Origin: Mobula hypostoma | Lineage: Eukaryota | Length of the DNA: 60,000 nucleotides | Reading direction: 5' to 3' | Assembly (NCBI RefSeq): GCF_963921235.1 | Contig: NC_086108.1 | Coordinates: forward strand, 33,172,001-33,232,000 | Shown here: one piece after another, positions 13,065 through 24,142 of the stretch | Position numbering within the stretch: the first letter of the stretch is position 1 | Layout of the letters: the number at the start of each line of letters is the position of its first letter | The notes under the pieces: model-generated | What the model was told of the DNA's origin: nothing | What the model saw: the letters and a program-made list of their open reading frames with translations, nothing else | The model's database searches: none | Position numbers and translations under genes: made by a program

Positions 13065-13904
13065 TGTTATGTACCTCGTAACTGGGTTGCCAAACCAGCA
13101 GAAATGGATCACTCAGTTGGAGTCTGGATTACTAGAACTAAGAAAGTTTTATTAAAGAAACAAGCAACACAGTAATCGAAAGGATAATAAATGCAACAGT
13201 TCAGCAATGATAAACACACATGTGCACAGAATTAAGATAACAGCATCAATCAAGCTCTATCGTTGTCTAGGGGTAAATGACCAATTTCAAAGTGACACAA
13301 AGTTCAGTCCAATTTAGTTCAGTTCGCAGTAATCGTTGCCATGGCGATGGACAACGTGGGGGGGAAGAGAGAGAGAGAGAACGGGAATGACTGATCATTC
13401 AGAAACGGCTTCCACTCACAGACTGGCGATATTGCTGACAAGCAGCTTTTGGGCGGGTCCTTTGTGATGTCACCGGCTGTGACCCCTCCTCCAGATGCGG
13501 TCGATCCTCTGCAGTGAACCCAGCACCCAAGCGAAGGTGGACACACACTGGGTTCCCGCTGATTGTACCTTTCCACCCTGTGCGTTTAAGGTCCGGTACG
13601 TCCCACTGACTCGTGAGAGGTGCACCGCTTCCAGGGTCTCGTTACCTCGGGTGTCGTGTGTGTCTTGCCTTAGCGAACCTGTCCCTTTTTATCCCCCTGC
13701 TGGGGTATCGCCTGTCCATCACTTCAAAACAGTTCAGGGTTCAAAGGGGGAGCCGCTCCAGACAGCTCTCTCTCTCCCGTCCCTTCATTACACATCTCCA
13801 GATGCTGTTTCATTGTGTTCCTTATCTCTCTCGAAGACAGGTGGCAGACCAACTGCTGATCACACAGGACAGCTAACATCTTATCTATGTGTATTCTTGT
13901 CACA
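13065..13904 (-). repeat. 5' LTR of the Gypsy element
   Basis: Direct repeat of 9069-9917 with scattered substitutions and a 10-bp indel; adjacent to the PBS. Confidence 0.95.
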
Positions 13905-15312
13905 TCAGCAAGAGGTGGTAGGGGAAAGGGGCTTGGGATGGAGGCAGTAGCGATTTGGTTAACATGAGTTTATGAGTATAACAATTGCGAAGTGTGTCAT
14001 TTTGCTGAAAGCACCTTCAGATGCTACAGCTACCTCGCACATTCAGAAACAAGTTTTTTGTATAGTAAGCTCTGTTTGGATTTTCATTACGTATTGGATT
14101 TTGTTTTAGATACCACACTGCAAGAGGGACCTAGTGATCTTCAGGTTGGATGGAGTTATATTCCCTTGAGAGTCATTGAACCAAACAGGGCCGGCAAGGA
14201 CATAATTCAATCACACTCTAATAACTGAATCACTCTGCAGGCTCAAAGAACTGAATAGACTACTTTAATTCCAGCTGCATATCATTAGCAACAACACTGC
14301 AAAGACCATGCAGACTTATTATACATATTGAAATGCCAGTTCAAATAGTGGTAGGAAGTCCCTTACTCCATTGTGCTCCCACCTCTACGGTCTTAAACCA
14401 ATTGTCTTCAGACATGACTTTTCCAGGAATTACTGCTTTGCTGATGAGTGGGTCTCATTCCTGATTGCTTTAGATAGTAACATTTTTTTTTGACATAGCC
14501 ATCTGTGAGCACAGTGATCAAGCTTACAAAATATTGTCGAACATTTTGGGTGCAACGATTTTACATTTGAAGCAGCCTTGCATTTATCAGTTGCTTTAAC
14601 TATACAAGATAAATGTTCAAAGCTGAAGGGATTATTTGTGGAAAAACACATGCAGTGTGAAGCAAATGAGCAGCTCAGATCTGTAAATTATCTTTTACAG
14701 ATCGAGGAAAACAGAAGAGATATTTTCCTAAACTTGTAAATCTTTCCACCTGCTCACTGAAGTTCCCATGGAAATGAAACCTTTGACCTCACTGTGATTG
14801 TATCTTTAACACCTGCTGATAGTTAGAACAGGAAAACTGTAAAGAGAAATCAATAATAATTACCTGGAAGTAATGAAAATGTCTTAAACCCATTTCATGC
14901 AAGTGATGCCAACAATAATGGCCTCTCGGTCTTCCTGCAAAGTGGTTTCACCAAATGGATTAAACCCAGGAGAATTATCATAGGGAATTATTCTCGGTGG
15001 GCATTATTTCAACCAGGGATGCAGTGCTGCTGGAGCTCACCAGAGCACCGCTCCGACACCTCTGTTAAAAAAAAGTCAAAATAAACAAGTGGGGAATTTA
15101 ACAGCGGCCGCACATTAAATAAAGGGAATTTTACAGAAGTGGGGGTTGGGGAGAGGGGGTGGTGGCTGGTGGGGAAAATACCACTAATAACATTAGGATA
15201 TTTGATCGTTTTTGGTGAAATCCTGGAGCTGTGACTGTTTTGTGAAATTCCTCCTCGCTCGACCCATTGTCCCCGCAAACCCTGCTGTAGCCTCCCACCA
15301 TTTCTTAGATCC

Positions 15313-15919
15313 TATTGGAAAATGTAAACGCATACATTGTATTTTCTATATTTACTATATATGTATTACAGTACTTACTCAACAGTATTTCAGTATTTAC
15401 TCGAATGCACACATTATATTTTCTATATTTACTATGTAACCACTGCTAGCTGAATAGAGGGTATTCACTATGTAGCCATGACTTTTGACCTAATCACTAT
15501 TAATTCATGAAGAGAACTAGAATGAAACCAAGTAGGAAGATAACGGTGGCGAGTAAGGTAATGAAATATGTGGCAGTATGTCAAAATAAGACTAATTAAG
15601 AAATAACTGGTTAGGGATGAGGGGACACCTGGTCTAAAATGTAAACCAGGACATAATTAAATTGGGGAGTAAAACAATAGTGGAAAGTCGAGAGCGGATA
15701 TATTGATGATATGTAATCACAGGCCGACAGGATATGATAATGTAGCTAAGATAGGAAATTGCTGTAAAAAAATGCTGTATACAAGCCTCGGGGGGCGGGG
15801 GGGCAGTCAGCAACTAGCTTTCTGATTGTCTCAGCTTTGATTTGCAAATTAAAGTTTAAAACTTCTTGAAGGATTTTCTGCGTCTCCTTGTCGTTTGTGA
15901 GAAACGAGAAACCACGACA
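15313..15919 (+). repeat. ERV 5' LTR
   Basis: Direct repeat of 18798-19372; begins TATTGG and ends CCACGACA; has an extra internal AT-rich duplication near 15335-15440. Confidence 0.92.
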
Positions 15920-15923
15920 AAAT

Positions 15924-15941
15924 TGGCGTCACGAACAGGAT
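15924..15941 (+). promoter_or_regulatory. Primer-binding site, tRNA-Ser(CGA)-like
   Basis: TGGCGTCACGAACAGGAT is complementary to the 3' end ...ATCCTGTTCGTGACG-CCA of vertebrate tRNA-Ser(CGA), as recalled. It lies 4 nt after the LTR. Confidence 0.8.
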
Positions 15942-16760
15942 CAGATAGAGACCTGCGAGGAAGGAAACGGCAGATTGGGGCACTTCCCGGTCCCTCGGGG
16001 ACCCTCACGGGGCTAACAGAATTAAGGGTGCACCCAAAGTAAAAAGGTGAGCGCTTTTTGCGATAATTTGGACTAAGAATTCTGTTGGTTTTGGGGGGTC
16101 TCGGGGACTCAGAAGTGTGAAGCAACTGCCGAAGGGTCTCTCCGATCCAAAGAATCTGGCAGAATTGGGGATAAAAGGAGGCTCAGAGAATTAATCAAGA
16201 GCACGGCCGTGGGGGTAAGTACGAATAAAGTAATAATAAGTTAAGTAAGAAAATTCCACGTGGTGTTGGTAAGTCCCTGTGGATACCGCTTCGCACAAAA
16301 CGAAGGGCTGAACAGGCAGGGAAGGAGAATTAAAAATCCTCGTGAATACTGCCTTAAGAAGTATAAGGGGCTGCATAGGCGAGGTGTAAAAGGAAAAGGT
16401 TCTGTGGATACCGCCCTAAGTAGGGGTCTGCACGGGCAGAATGTAATAAGAGATAAAGATAGTTTAATAGATAATTCAGATGCTGGTGAGATTAACCATA
16501 AGGCTAGGCATAGAAATAGAGTTAGGAAAATAGTACTATTAAATAGGCAAGTCATGAGATTCTAAAAATACCGTAATAGAAAAAGGAGAAAGAGAACAAC
16601 ATGACAGCGAAAGGAACAGCAGTAGAAATATTGAGCAGAAAATTCCCGGTGTGTCAAGGTAAGGTCGCAGAAATTTCAGAAAAATGGGAAAAAAAGAACT
16701 AAAGAACTGGTTACGAAATGGCCAAGAGAAGGAACATTTGATGTAAGCTTATGTGAGGAA

Positions 16761-18128
16761 ATGGAAGCGCTGATGAAACCTAAAGCACTAGCTATAGTAA
16801 AATGCCAGGCACATAAAAAAGGAAACGATGCAGTAACAAAGGGAAATCAAGCTGCAGATGAAGCAGCCAGGAAAGCGTCTGGGTGTACATCCGCTGTTAT
16901 TGCACCCCAGGTAAGTCTAGAGCCGGAACTTATGGTAGAGGACCTAATTGAAATACAGGGAAAGGCAACTTTGGCAGAACAAACACTGTGGAGACAAAGG
17001 GCGGCCAAGCAGAACTCAGAAGGCCTATGGACCATGGAAGATGGCCTACTGGTAGCTCCCACCCCTTTACTGACTATCCTGATCTCAGAGGCACATGGGA
17101 TGGATCATTGTGCAAGGGGGGAAGTAATGAGGAAAATAAAAAAGGATGGATTTTGGTCGCCTTATTTACAGGCTTCAGTAGACCATGTGTTGTCACAGTG
17201 CGAGGTATGCGTGCAGAATAATGTTCGAAAAGGAATTATAACCCCAATAGGTCATATACCCGTACCTGAAGGGCCATTTAAACACCTAGTGATTGACTAT
17301 GTAGACATGATAAAAACAGTAAGAGGGAAAAGATACATGTTGGTGGTAATCGATAGATTCAGCAGATGGGTAGAGGCAGTACCCTCGAAAGATCAAGGGG
17401 CAGGAACAGTGGTGAAATTCCTGACAAACGAAGTGATCCCAAGGTTTGGGATACCGACAGAAATTAGCTCAGACAATGGTTCAGCTTTCATCCAAAAAGT
17501 GGTCAAGTTAATACTGCAAGCACTGAGAATAAAGCAGAGATTTGGATGTGTGTATCACCCTCAGTCGCAGGGTATGGTGGAAAGAATTAACGGGACCTTA
17601 AAAGCCAAACTAAACAAAATCTGTGCAGATACTAAACTCAACTGGGTTGATGCACTACCGTTAGCATTAATGAGTTACCGCATGCAGACTAATCGGATGA
17701 CGTGTCTAACACCGCATGAAATGCTAACCGGAAGGCCCATGCCAGTGCCCCAGTGGAGAGGACCATATAAAGGGCCTAGTTTGGAACAATTGGAATTGGA
17801 ATTAAAACAAAAACAATACATGCGACAATTAACTATGATACATAAGTCTATTTATGCACATGAAAAACAGAAAGAGCCAGAGATCGATCAAGGGGAAGGA
17901 CCAATCAAGCCAGGCGATCAGGTCAACGTGCGAGCGTTTCGAAGAAAGTGGAACGAACCCAAAAGAGAAAGGCCCTTTATAGTAACCAAAGCATCACCCA
18001 CCGCAGTTCAAGTGGAAGGACGCTCCACCTGGTATCATCTCAATCACTGCACTAGAGCAATCCTGCAGGTACAGTCAGGTGGGCCACCCCAGGTAAGTGG
18101 TGAAGAGGAACAAACAGACAGGTACTAG
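16761..18128 (+). CDS. Retroviral RNase H C-terminus + complete integrase (455 aa open frame)
   Basis: RNase H end 'AIVKCQAH...GNQAADEAAR'; HHCC motif 'AHGMDHC...CEVC'; DDE motifs 'IDYVD', 'SSDNG', 'QSQGMVERING'; C-terminal 'WYHLNHC'. Confidence 0.88.
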   Translation: MEALMKPKALAIVKCQAHKKGNDAVTKGNQAADEAARKASGCTSAVIAPQVSLEPELMVEDLIEIQGKATLAEQTLWRQRAAKQNSEGLWTMEDGLLVAPTPLLTILISEAHGMDHCARGEVMRKIKKDGFWSPYLQASVDHVLSQCEVCVQNNVRKGIITPIGHIPVPEGPFKHLVIDYVDMIKTVRGKRYMLVVIDRFSRWVEAVPSKDQGAGTVVKFLTNEVIPRFGIPTEISSDNGSAFIQKVVKLILQALRIKQRFGCVYHPQSQGMVERINGTLKAKLNKICADTKLNWVDALPLALMSYRMQTNRMTCLTPHEMLTGRPMPVPQWRGPYKGPSLEQLELELKQKQYMRQLTMIHKSIYAHEKQKEPEIDQGEGPIKPGDQVNVRAFRRKWNEPKRERPFIVTKASPTAVQVEGRSTWYHLNHCTRAILQVQSGGPPQVSGEEEQTDRY

Positions 18129-18571
18129 ACTGGCTATTGGCAGAGAAAGGAGGAGTTTGTGTAATGTTTGGGGAACAGTGCTGTACTTCTATACCAAATA
18201 ACACTAGTCCAGAGGGATCATTTACCAGAGCAATGAATAAACTGAAAAATCTAAGAAAGGAAGTTAAACAAAATGCAGGGTTTGGACACCAGTTCTTTGA
18301 CTGGTTAAATAGTAAACTAGGAGGATGGGGAGCATGGCTGACTGAGATTGCAGTAACCATGGGTATTGTATTACTAAGCTGTGCGGTCATTCTGTGCTGT
18401 TTTCTTCCATGCCTCAAGTCGCTTGCAGTGCGAGCTGCAATGAAACGGTTTCTGATGCTTCTGGAAATGGTTGGGTTGAGCCCTATGGAGAAGGAGGCAC
18501 CGATGATGTATTCGTACAGTCTACGAGACACGCAAGATGAACAGGAGAGAGATGAAATATGTGGGGATTAG
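18113..18571 (+). pseudogene. Env TM subunit C-terminal remnant
   Basis: 'NRQVLDWLLAEKGGVCVMFGEQCC' (immunosuppressive domain + CX6CC), heptad repeat, and TM helix 'IAVTMGIVLLSCAVILCCFLPCL'. SU and the fusion peptide are deleted. Confidence 0.9.
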
Positions 18572-18797
18572 GCTGTGAAGGCTCCTGAGTCTTTTTCCCT
18601 GTCTCAGATACGAAGGGATGGGTTTTTGGCTCAGCGGCCTAGGGAGGTAGGGAGAGAACACTTTGAGTCTTAAGCGCAGGAAACTATAGTTTAACCCAAA
18701 TTTGGGAGTAAATGCGTGGCTTTATTTGAGCTTTTGTGCATAGACTCTCAGTCCTCTCTCTCTGTATGAGACCCTGTGGGTCTCAAAGGGCGGATTA

Positions 18798-19372
18798 TAT
18801 TGGAAAAATTAAACGCATACATTGTATTTTCTATATATGTATTACAGTATTTACTCAAATGTACACATTGTATTTTCTATATTTACTATGTAACCACTGC
18901 TAGCTGAATAGAGGGTATTCACTATGTAGCCATGACTTTTGACCTAATCACTATTAATTCATGAAGAGAACTAGAATGAAACCAAGTAGAAAGATAACGG
19001 TGGCGAGTAAGGTAATGAAATATGTGGCAGTATGTCAAAATAAGACTAATTAAGAAATAACTGTTAGGGATGAGGGGACACCTGGTCTAAAATGTAAACT
19101 AGGACATAATTAAATTGGGGAGTAAAACAATAGTGGAAAGTCGAGAGCGGATATATTGATGATATGTAATCACAGGCCGACTGCATATGATAATGTAGCT
19201 AAGATAGGAAATTGCTATAAAAAATGCTGTATACAAGCCTCGGGGGCGGGGGGGGGCAGTCAGCAACTAGCTTTCTGATTGTCTCAGCTTTGATTTGCAA
19301 ATGAAAGTTTAAGACTTCTTGAAGGATTTTCTGCGTCTCCTTGTCGTTTGTGAGAAACAAGAAACCACGACA
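18798..19372 (+). repeat. ERV 3' LTR
   Basis: Direct repeat of the 5' LTR, preceded by the PPT and followed by the TSD. Confidence 0.92.
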
Positions 19373-19376
19373 ATCC

Positions 19377-19820
19377 TCAGTCTCTCTCCAGCACTCATTG
19401 TTTGCCGAGAAAATAAAAATCTTAGATCTTTTGAAAAGTGGCACGTCGCTTGCCGAAGTGGGCCGTAAGGTTGGTAAGAACGAATCGAGCATTCGCACAA
19501 TAAAGCAGAAAGAAGCTGAAATTCGTGGAAGTGTTAGTGCTACCCCTACAACGGCAAAAATGGTCTCTCTGGTTCGTGGTAAAGTGCTTGCAAAGACTGA
19601 GAAAGCATTAAGTGTGTGACTAGAGGACATGTCACAGAGCATATCCCTGTTGATGGCAAAATTATGCATGAGAAAGCACTTAGCCTCTATGAGCACTACT
19701 GTGAGGGGGTTGAGGAGAGCGAGAGGAAGGAGTTTAAGGCTAGTAAGGGATGGCTGGCTAGCTTTGTAAAGCGCTACAGCCTCAAGAACTTAAAGATCGG
19801 GGAGACTCGGCATCAGCTAA
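19377..19820 (+). pseudogene. Tigger/pogo transposase N-terminal (CENP-B-type HTH) fragment
   Basis: 'EKIKILDLLKSGTSLAEVGRKVGKNESSIRTIK' and 'EKALSLY...EFKASKGWLASFVKRYSLKNLKIGE'; truncated before the DDE domain. Confidence 0.85.
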
Positions 19821-20566
19821 TTAGTGAGTGCAACTGTGCAATACTTTGTCATATTATTAAATTAAGTATTATATGTTTTATTGTACCAGTTATACACTGA
19901 AATGTAGTGACAGGCTATAATCTTGTTAATGTCTTAACTATCACTATATTTCTGTGGAGCTCTGGAATTCATATATTTCTTTCATCTTGGTTTAGTGCTT
20001 GACATTATAAGAAGCCCTATTCTCATTTTTAAAAATTTTTATATTATATATGAGAGAGAGAGAGAGATAGAGATACAGTATAGAAAAAATTAGCACTGCA
20101 CCCGATTTCAACCTATTCTGCTTGAAGTTTCAAGTCTAAAGACATGTAAAGTTTCCCAAAGGTCTGTACTTCCTGCAAGAACAAACAAATATTGAAGGAC
20201 AAACAATGCAATCTAGAGGCTTGCTTTCTGTCAGATGGGTTGTGCCTGTGAATTCTGTACAATCATGATGCTTTGTGTTTGTACACACATATGCATGCAG
20301 TAGTAGTGATAGGGCATATGCTGTTAAATATTGTAAGCTTTCTGATGTTTAACTTAGCAAAATATAGAAATCGAAAACAAAATTGCTGGTGGTATTACTT
20401 AAGGACATATACAACACTTACTCATTTTTCTTGGAAAATATCAAAAGGTTTTCTTTGAAACAAGCTTCTTGTTGACAACAGAATCTGTTACTGCATGTAA
20501 GTGAGAAGTTAATTGGTTCAGGTTAAAAATGATATTCAAAATTCATTTTCTATATAAAATTCATAT

Positions 20567-20572
20567 TTTATT
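20567..20572 (-). terminator. Candidate distal poly(A) signal for UCK2
   Basis: AATAAA on the minus strand at the end of an AU-rich unique stretch ~3.8 kb past the stop codon. Other AATAAA hexamers lie at 21514, 21904 and 23843. No transcript evidence. Confidence 0.3.
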
Positions 20573-21996
20573 CAAGCTTAGTGAGTCATTCCTTCAGTTT
20601 TTCACACTCTGTGGTTGGAGACTAACATACAATACATGGAAAAGTATGTGGGTGTGAAACAAGGAGTAAAATTTGACTTTTCCTGCAACAAAAAGTTACC
20701 TGTATTGTTACAAAAGCAAGAAAGGACCATTTTTGTCAAACAGAACAGCAGGTTAATTAATGTCCTTTTCAAGTTTAAATCTCCTTCACAGTAGTAGCAG
20801 GTATCACCAGAAGATGCACAACATTTTGTAAGTAGACCAAAACAATATAAAATTTGTCCATCAAACAGAACATTTGACAAAATATGATCATACTTGGTCT
20901 TCAGTAATGAACAGTTAAAGAATTACCAACTTTCCAGTTTTAGGCTTTTGCATCAGCCATCATCAGTACTTGCATCATCAGTAGCCTGTGCACTGCGGGC
21001 TTTCCCAAGTCAGTAACTTGGAAATACCATGCAGGGTTGGCAGGGCTGCTATCTAATGCCAACTTAAATTCCTCCAATCCCCCCCCCCTCAAAAAAACAC
21101 TAACAGAAGAGGCTCAATGCAACTGGTACATTAAATAAATTTGAAATGCAGCTCTGCAAAAAAGAAGTGCTGATTTATCTTGGAACAGGTTACAATAAGT
21201 TTTAAAATGGATCAAAGCAGGACATGCATTGCAGCTTTAAAAAAAAAATCACAGCAATTCAGTTAAATGATTTAGTTGACCTTGAAATGAATACTGGTAT
21301 GAAAAGAAGCTTTAAGTACTATAAAGTAAAAAAGCAAAGCCAGATGTACAATCTGGCTTAAATTAGAAAGTCAATCAGCATTTAAGAAGTGAAAAATTTT
21401 CTTTGGGTGCAACCTTTCATCAGAACTAGGAACTGGAGACAGCAATAAATGGATTTAGTAGACAAAACTGACAGACATATCACATGGAAAACAAATAATT
21501 TTGCATCAGCTTCTTTATTTGATGGCCTTAATAGAAGCCACTTTCTCCCGCTTTTGATGAAAATTCTTCATCTGAAACTGTAACCTGAAAAGTAGTGTAG
21601 GAATATTCTCATGCTTGGACATACAAAGCAGTTAAGAAAAATGAAGAAAAACATAAATCCACCTTAAATGTTTACAAACAAAGACTACCATCAGGATATT
21701 GAACTAAATTACAGGTTTAAAAGACCTATATTTTACAATAAGGGGACGGGATAAATGTGGTCCGGCAGGTTGAACAGAGATAAAGTGAAGGAACCCCAAG
21801 ACTTTTCCCAGAAGTGATTGTGTAACATTTTCAAACTGAGCTCACTAAGAATTCCAATATCCTTCCCACTTGGTCATGCAAGTTCCACAAGTCCAACTCC
21901 ATCTTTATTCAGAGGGTCTATAATTTATGTAAAAAAATCATCCCACTGGCACATCAGGTTAGAAGATAAAGCCATTCAGTGCAATGAAATACAGTA

Positions 21997-22742
21997 CAGT
22001 GGATTCTGGTTAATTGGGACACATTGGGACCAGTATATTTTGGCCCAATTAAGCTGCTGTCCCAATTAGCTGAAGTTTCATGGAAGTAGCTAAAAAGGTA
22101 TAAAAAAGACTGACTGCCAATTAACTGAGTAACAAATTATATATTTAAATGAAATACAGAACAAATTAGAACACTACCAATAATACTATAGTACTTTAAA
22201 AGGTGTATTAGTTTATCACTAGAGGAATTTATCTGGTGTACGCTACCGTGTTCTTTTGATTGACTGTACATGAACAAAATCAGCACAGACGCCCAGTGCA
22301 GATAATGGACTGCCTGTATACAATGCTTTCAATGATTGCGTCTGCCAAATCTTCATCTTCATTGTAACATTCAAGATGATTGTCGATACCATCAAATCTT
22401 TCATGTTTCATTTTCACTTTTGGCCACTTGAAGCAACAGTGAGCAAAACAGCTCTGAATTGTCTTGCAGCTTATTTTTCCAAAAACAATCAGTGACAAAA
22501 ATCACTGCTCTTTGAACACAAACACACGCAACTGGCACCAGATAAAAAATTGTTCACTCCATGCACAGTGTACTGTTTAATGGACACACAAGTGCATGCG
22601 ACTGATGTTAGTTAGAAATTGTTCAGCAACAACCCCAATTAAGTGGCACAGTGTCCCAAATAAACAAAGGGAAAGGGAATCCCAGCTATTTTCTCTATTA
22701 GTTTTGTCCTTTTAGAGTGTCCCAAATAATTGGAATCCACTG
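21997..22742 (-). mobile_element. Non-autonomous Tigger-type element
   Basis: TA-cagtggattc...gaatccactg-TA termini; transposase C-terminal remnant 'ISCKTIQSCFAHC...IDNHLECYNEDEDLADAIIESI'. Confidence 0.8.
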
Positions 22743-23088
22743 TATTTAAATATTGCTGCACAGGCATTAATACCTGGCATTATTTGTAACATTGAAACTT
22801 GTTCCCAGTATATTTCTCAAATCAAAGCTAAACTACAAAAGGACAATATTTGTCTTATAATATATATTTCCATCTAAACACAAACATCCTTTGTTGGATT
22901 GCAATTCTTTGATAAAAGACATTTGCTTGAGCATAAACATTTAAGAACTCAAAAAGCAGGATGTCACTCTTAAGTTACACAACAAACAAAATAAATTTGG
23001 CAAGTTAAATACTTTAGGAAAAAGAAGCAACACACATCAAAGTTGCTGGTGAACGCAGCAGGCCAGGCAGCATCTCTAGGAAGCAGTA

Positions 23089-23126
23089 CAGTCAACGTTT
23101 CAGGCCGAGACCCTTCGTCAGGACTA
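23089..23126 (-). ncRNA. Minimal hammerhead ribozyme motif
   Basis: Minus strand: tagtc-CTGACGA-a-gggtctcggcct-GAAACGTT-gactg. Stem I agtc/gact, palindromic ACGT stem III, GUU at the cleavage site. Confidence 0.7.
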
Positions 23127-24104
23127 ACTGAAGGAAGAGCTAGTAAGAGATTTGAAAGTGGGAGGGGGAGGGGGAGATCCAAAATGATAGGAGAAGACAG
23201 GAGGGGGAGGGATGGAGCCAAGAGCTGGACAGGTGATTGGCAGAAGGGATATGAGAGGATCATGGGACAGGAGGCCCAGGGAGAAGGAAAAGGTGGGGGG
23301 GGGGAGAAAAAACCCAGAGGATGGGCAAGGGGTATAGTCAGAGGGAGAAAAAGAAGAGAGAGAGAGAGAGAGAAAGAATGTGTGTACATAAATAAATAAC
23401 GGATGGGGTACCAGGGGGAGGTCGGGCATTAGCGGAAGTTAGAGAAGTCAATGTTCATGCCATCAGGTTGGAGGCTACCCAGACGGAATATAAGGTGTTG
23501 TTCCTCCAACCTGAGTGTGACTTCATCTTTACAGCAGAGGAGGCCGTGGATAGACATATCAGAATGGGAATGGGATGTGGAATTAAAATGTGTGGCCACT
23601 GGGAGACACTCTGTCCGCCAGGGAAAGCAGGATCTCCCAGTGGCCACACATTTTAATTCCACATCCCATTCGCATTCTGATATGTCTATCCACGGCCTCC
23701 TCTGTTGTAAAGATGACGCCACACTCAGGTTGGAGGAACAACACCTTATATTCCGTCTGGGAAGCCTCCAACCTGATGGCATGAACATTGACTTCTCTAA
23801 CTTCCGCTAATGCCCCACCTCCCCCTCGTACCCCATCCGTTATTTATTTATATACACACACATTCTTTCTCTCTCTCTCTTCTTTTTCTCCCTCTGACTA
23901 TACCCCTTGCTCATCCTCTGGGTTTTCCCCCCCTCCCCCTTTTCCTTCTTCCTGGGCCTCCTGTCCCATGATCCTCTCATACCCCTTTTGCCAATCACCT
24001 GTCCAGCTCTTGGCTCCATCCCTCCCCCTCCTGTCTTCTCCTATCATTTTGGATCTCCCCCTCCCTCTCCCACTTTCAAATCTCTTACTAGTTCTTCCTT
24101 CAGT

Positions 24105-24142
24105 TAGTCCTGACGAAGGGTCTGGGCCCGAAACATCAACAG
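24105..24142 (+). ncRNA. Minimal hammerhead ribozyme motif
   Basis: tagtc-CTGACGA-a-gggtctgggccc-GAAACATC-aacag; core boxes intact, stems I and III partly decayed. Confidence 0.6.

Larger units (their letters stand above)
9069..13904 (-). mobile_element. Gmr1-like Ty3/Gypsy LTR retrotransposon, internally deleted (non-autonomous)
   Basis: Two ~840-bp TG...CA LTRs, 4-bp TSD TCAG (9065-9068, 13905-13908), PBS, PPT, and a gag-protease ORF with an integrase remnant preceding the RT remnant. Confidence 0.95.
15313..19372 (+). mobile_element. Internally deleted endogenous retrovirus (class I, epsilon/gamma-like)
   Basis: LTRs at 15313-15919 and 18798-19372, TSD ATCC (15309-15312, 19373-19376), PBS, PPT aaagggcgga (18785-18794), gag stub, RNase H C-terminus plus integrase, and env TM remnant. 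Confidence 0.95.
15014..20104. mobile_element. Non-autonomous hAT-type element carrying a Tigger transposase fragment, host of the ERV
   Basis: Imperfect TIRs cagggatgcagtgct / agcactgcacccg, with a perfect 8-bp TSD ATTTCAAC at 15006-15013 and 20105-20112. Confidence 0.65.

Noticed and set aside
9435..13950. Plus-strand ORFs duplicated at 9509/13495 and 9627/13613
   Set aside because: They lie within the two LTRs, antisense to the element, differ by frameshifts and have no recognisable domain.
9069..19372. Gag-protease-only Gypsy next to an integrase-only ERV as a complementing two-part system
   Set aside because: They belong to different classes with different PBS and LTR ends, and have separate TSDs; neither supplies RT. 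Proximity is best explained by chance.
23429..23810. Mirror-image 119-aa ORFs on both strands (and similar paired ORFs at 23043/23898/36143)
   Set aside because: A direct consequence of the palindrome and the repeated PLE UTR, not independent genes.
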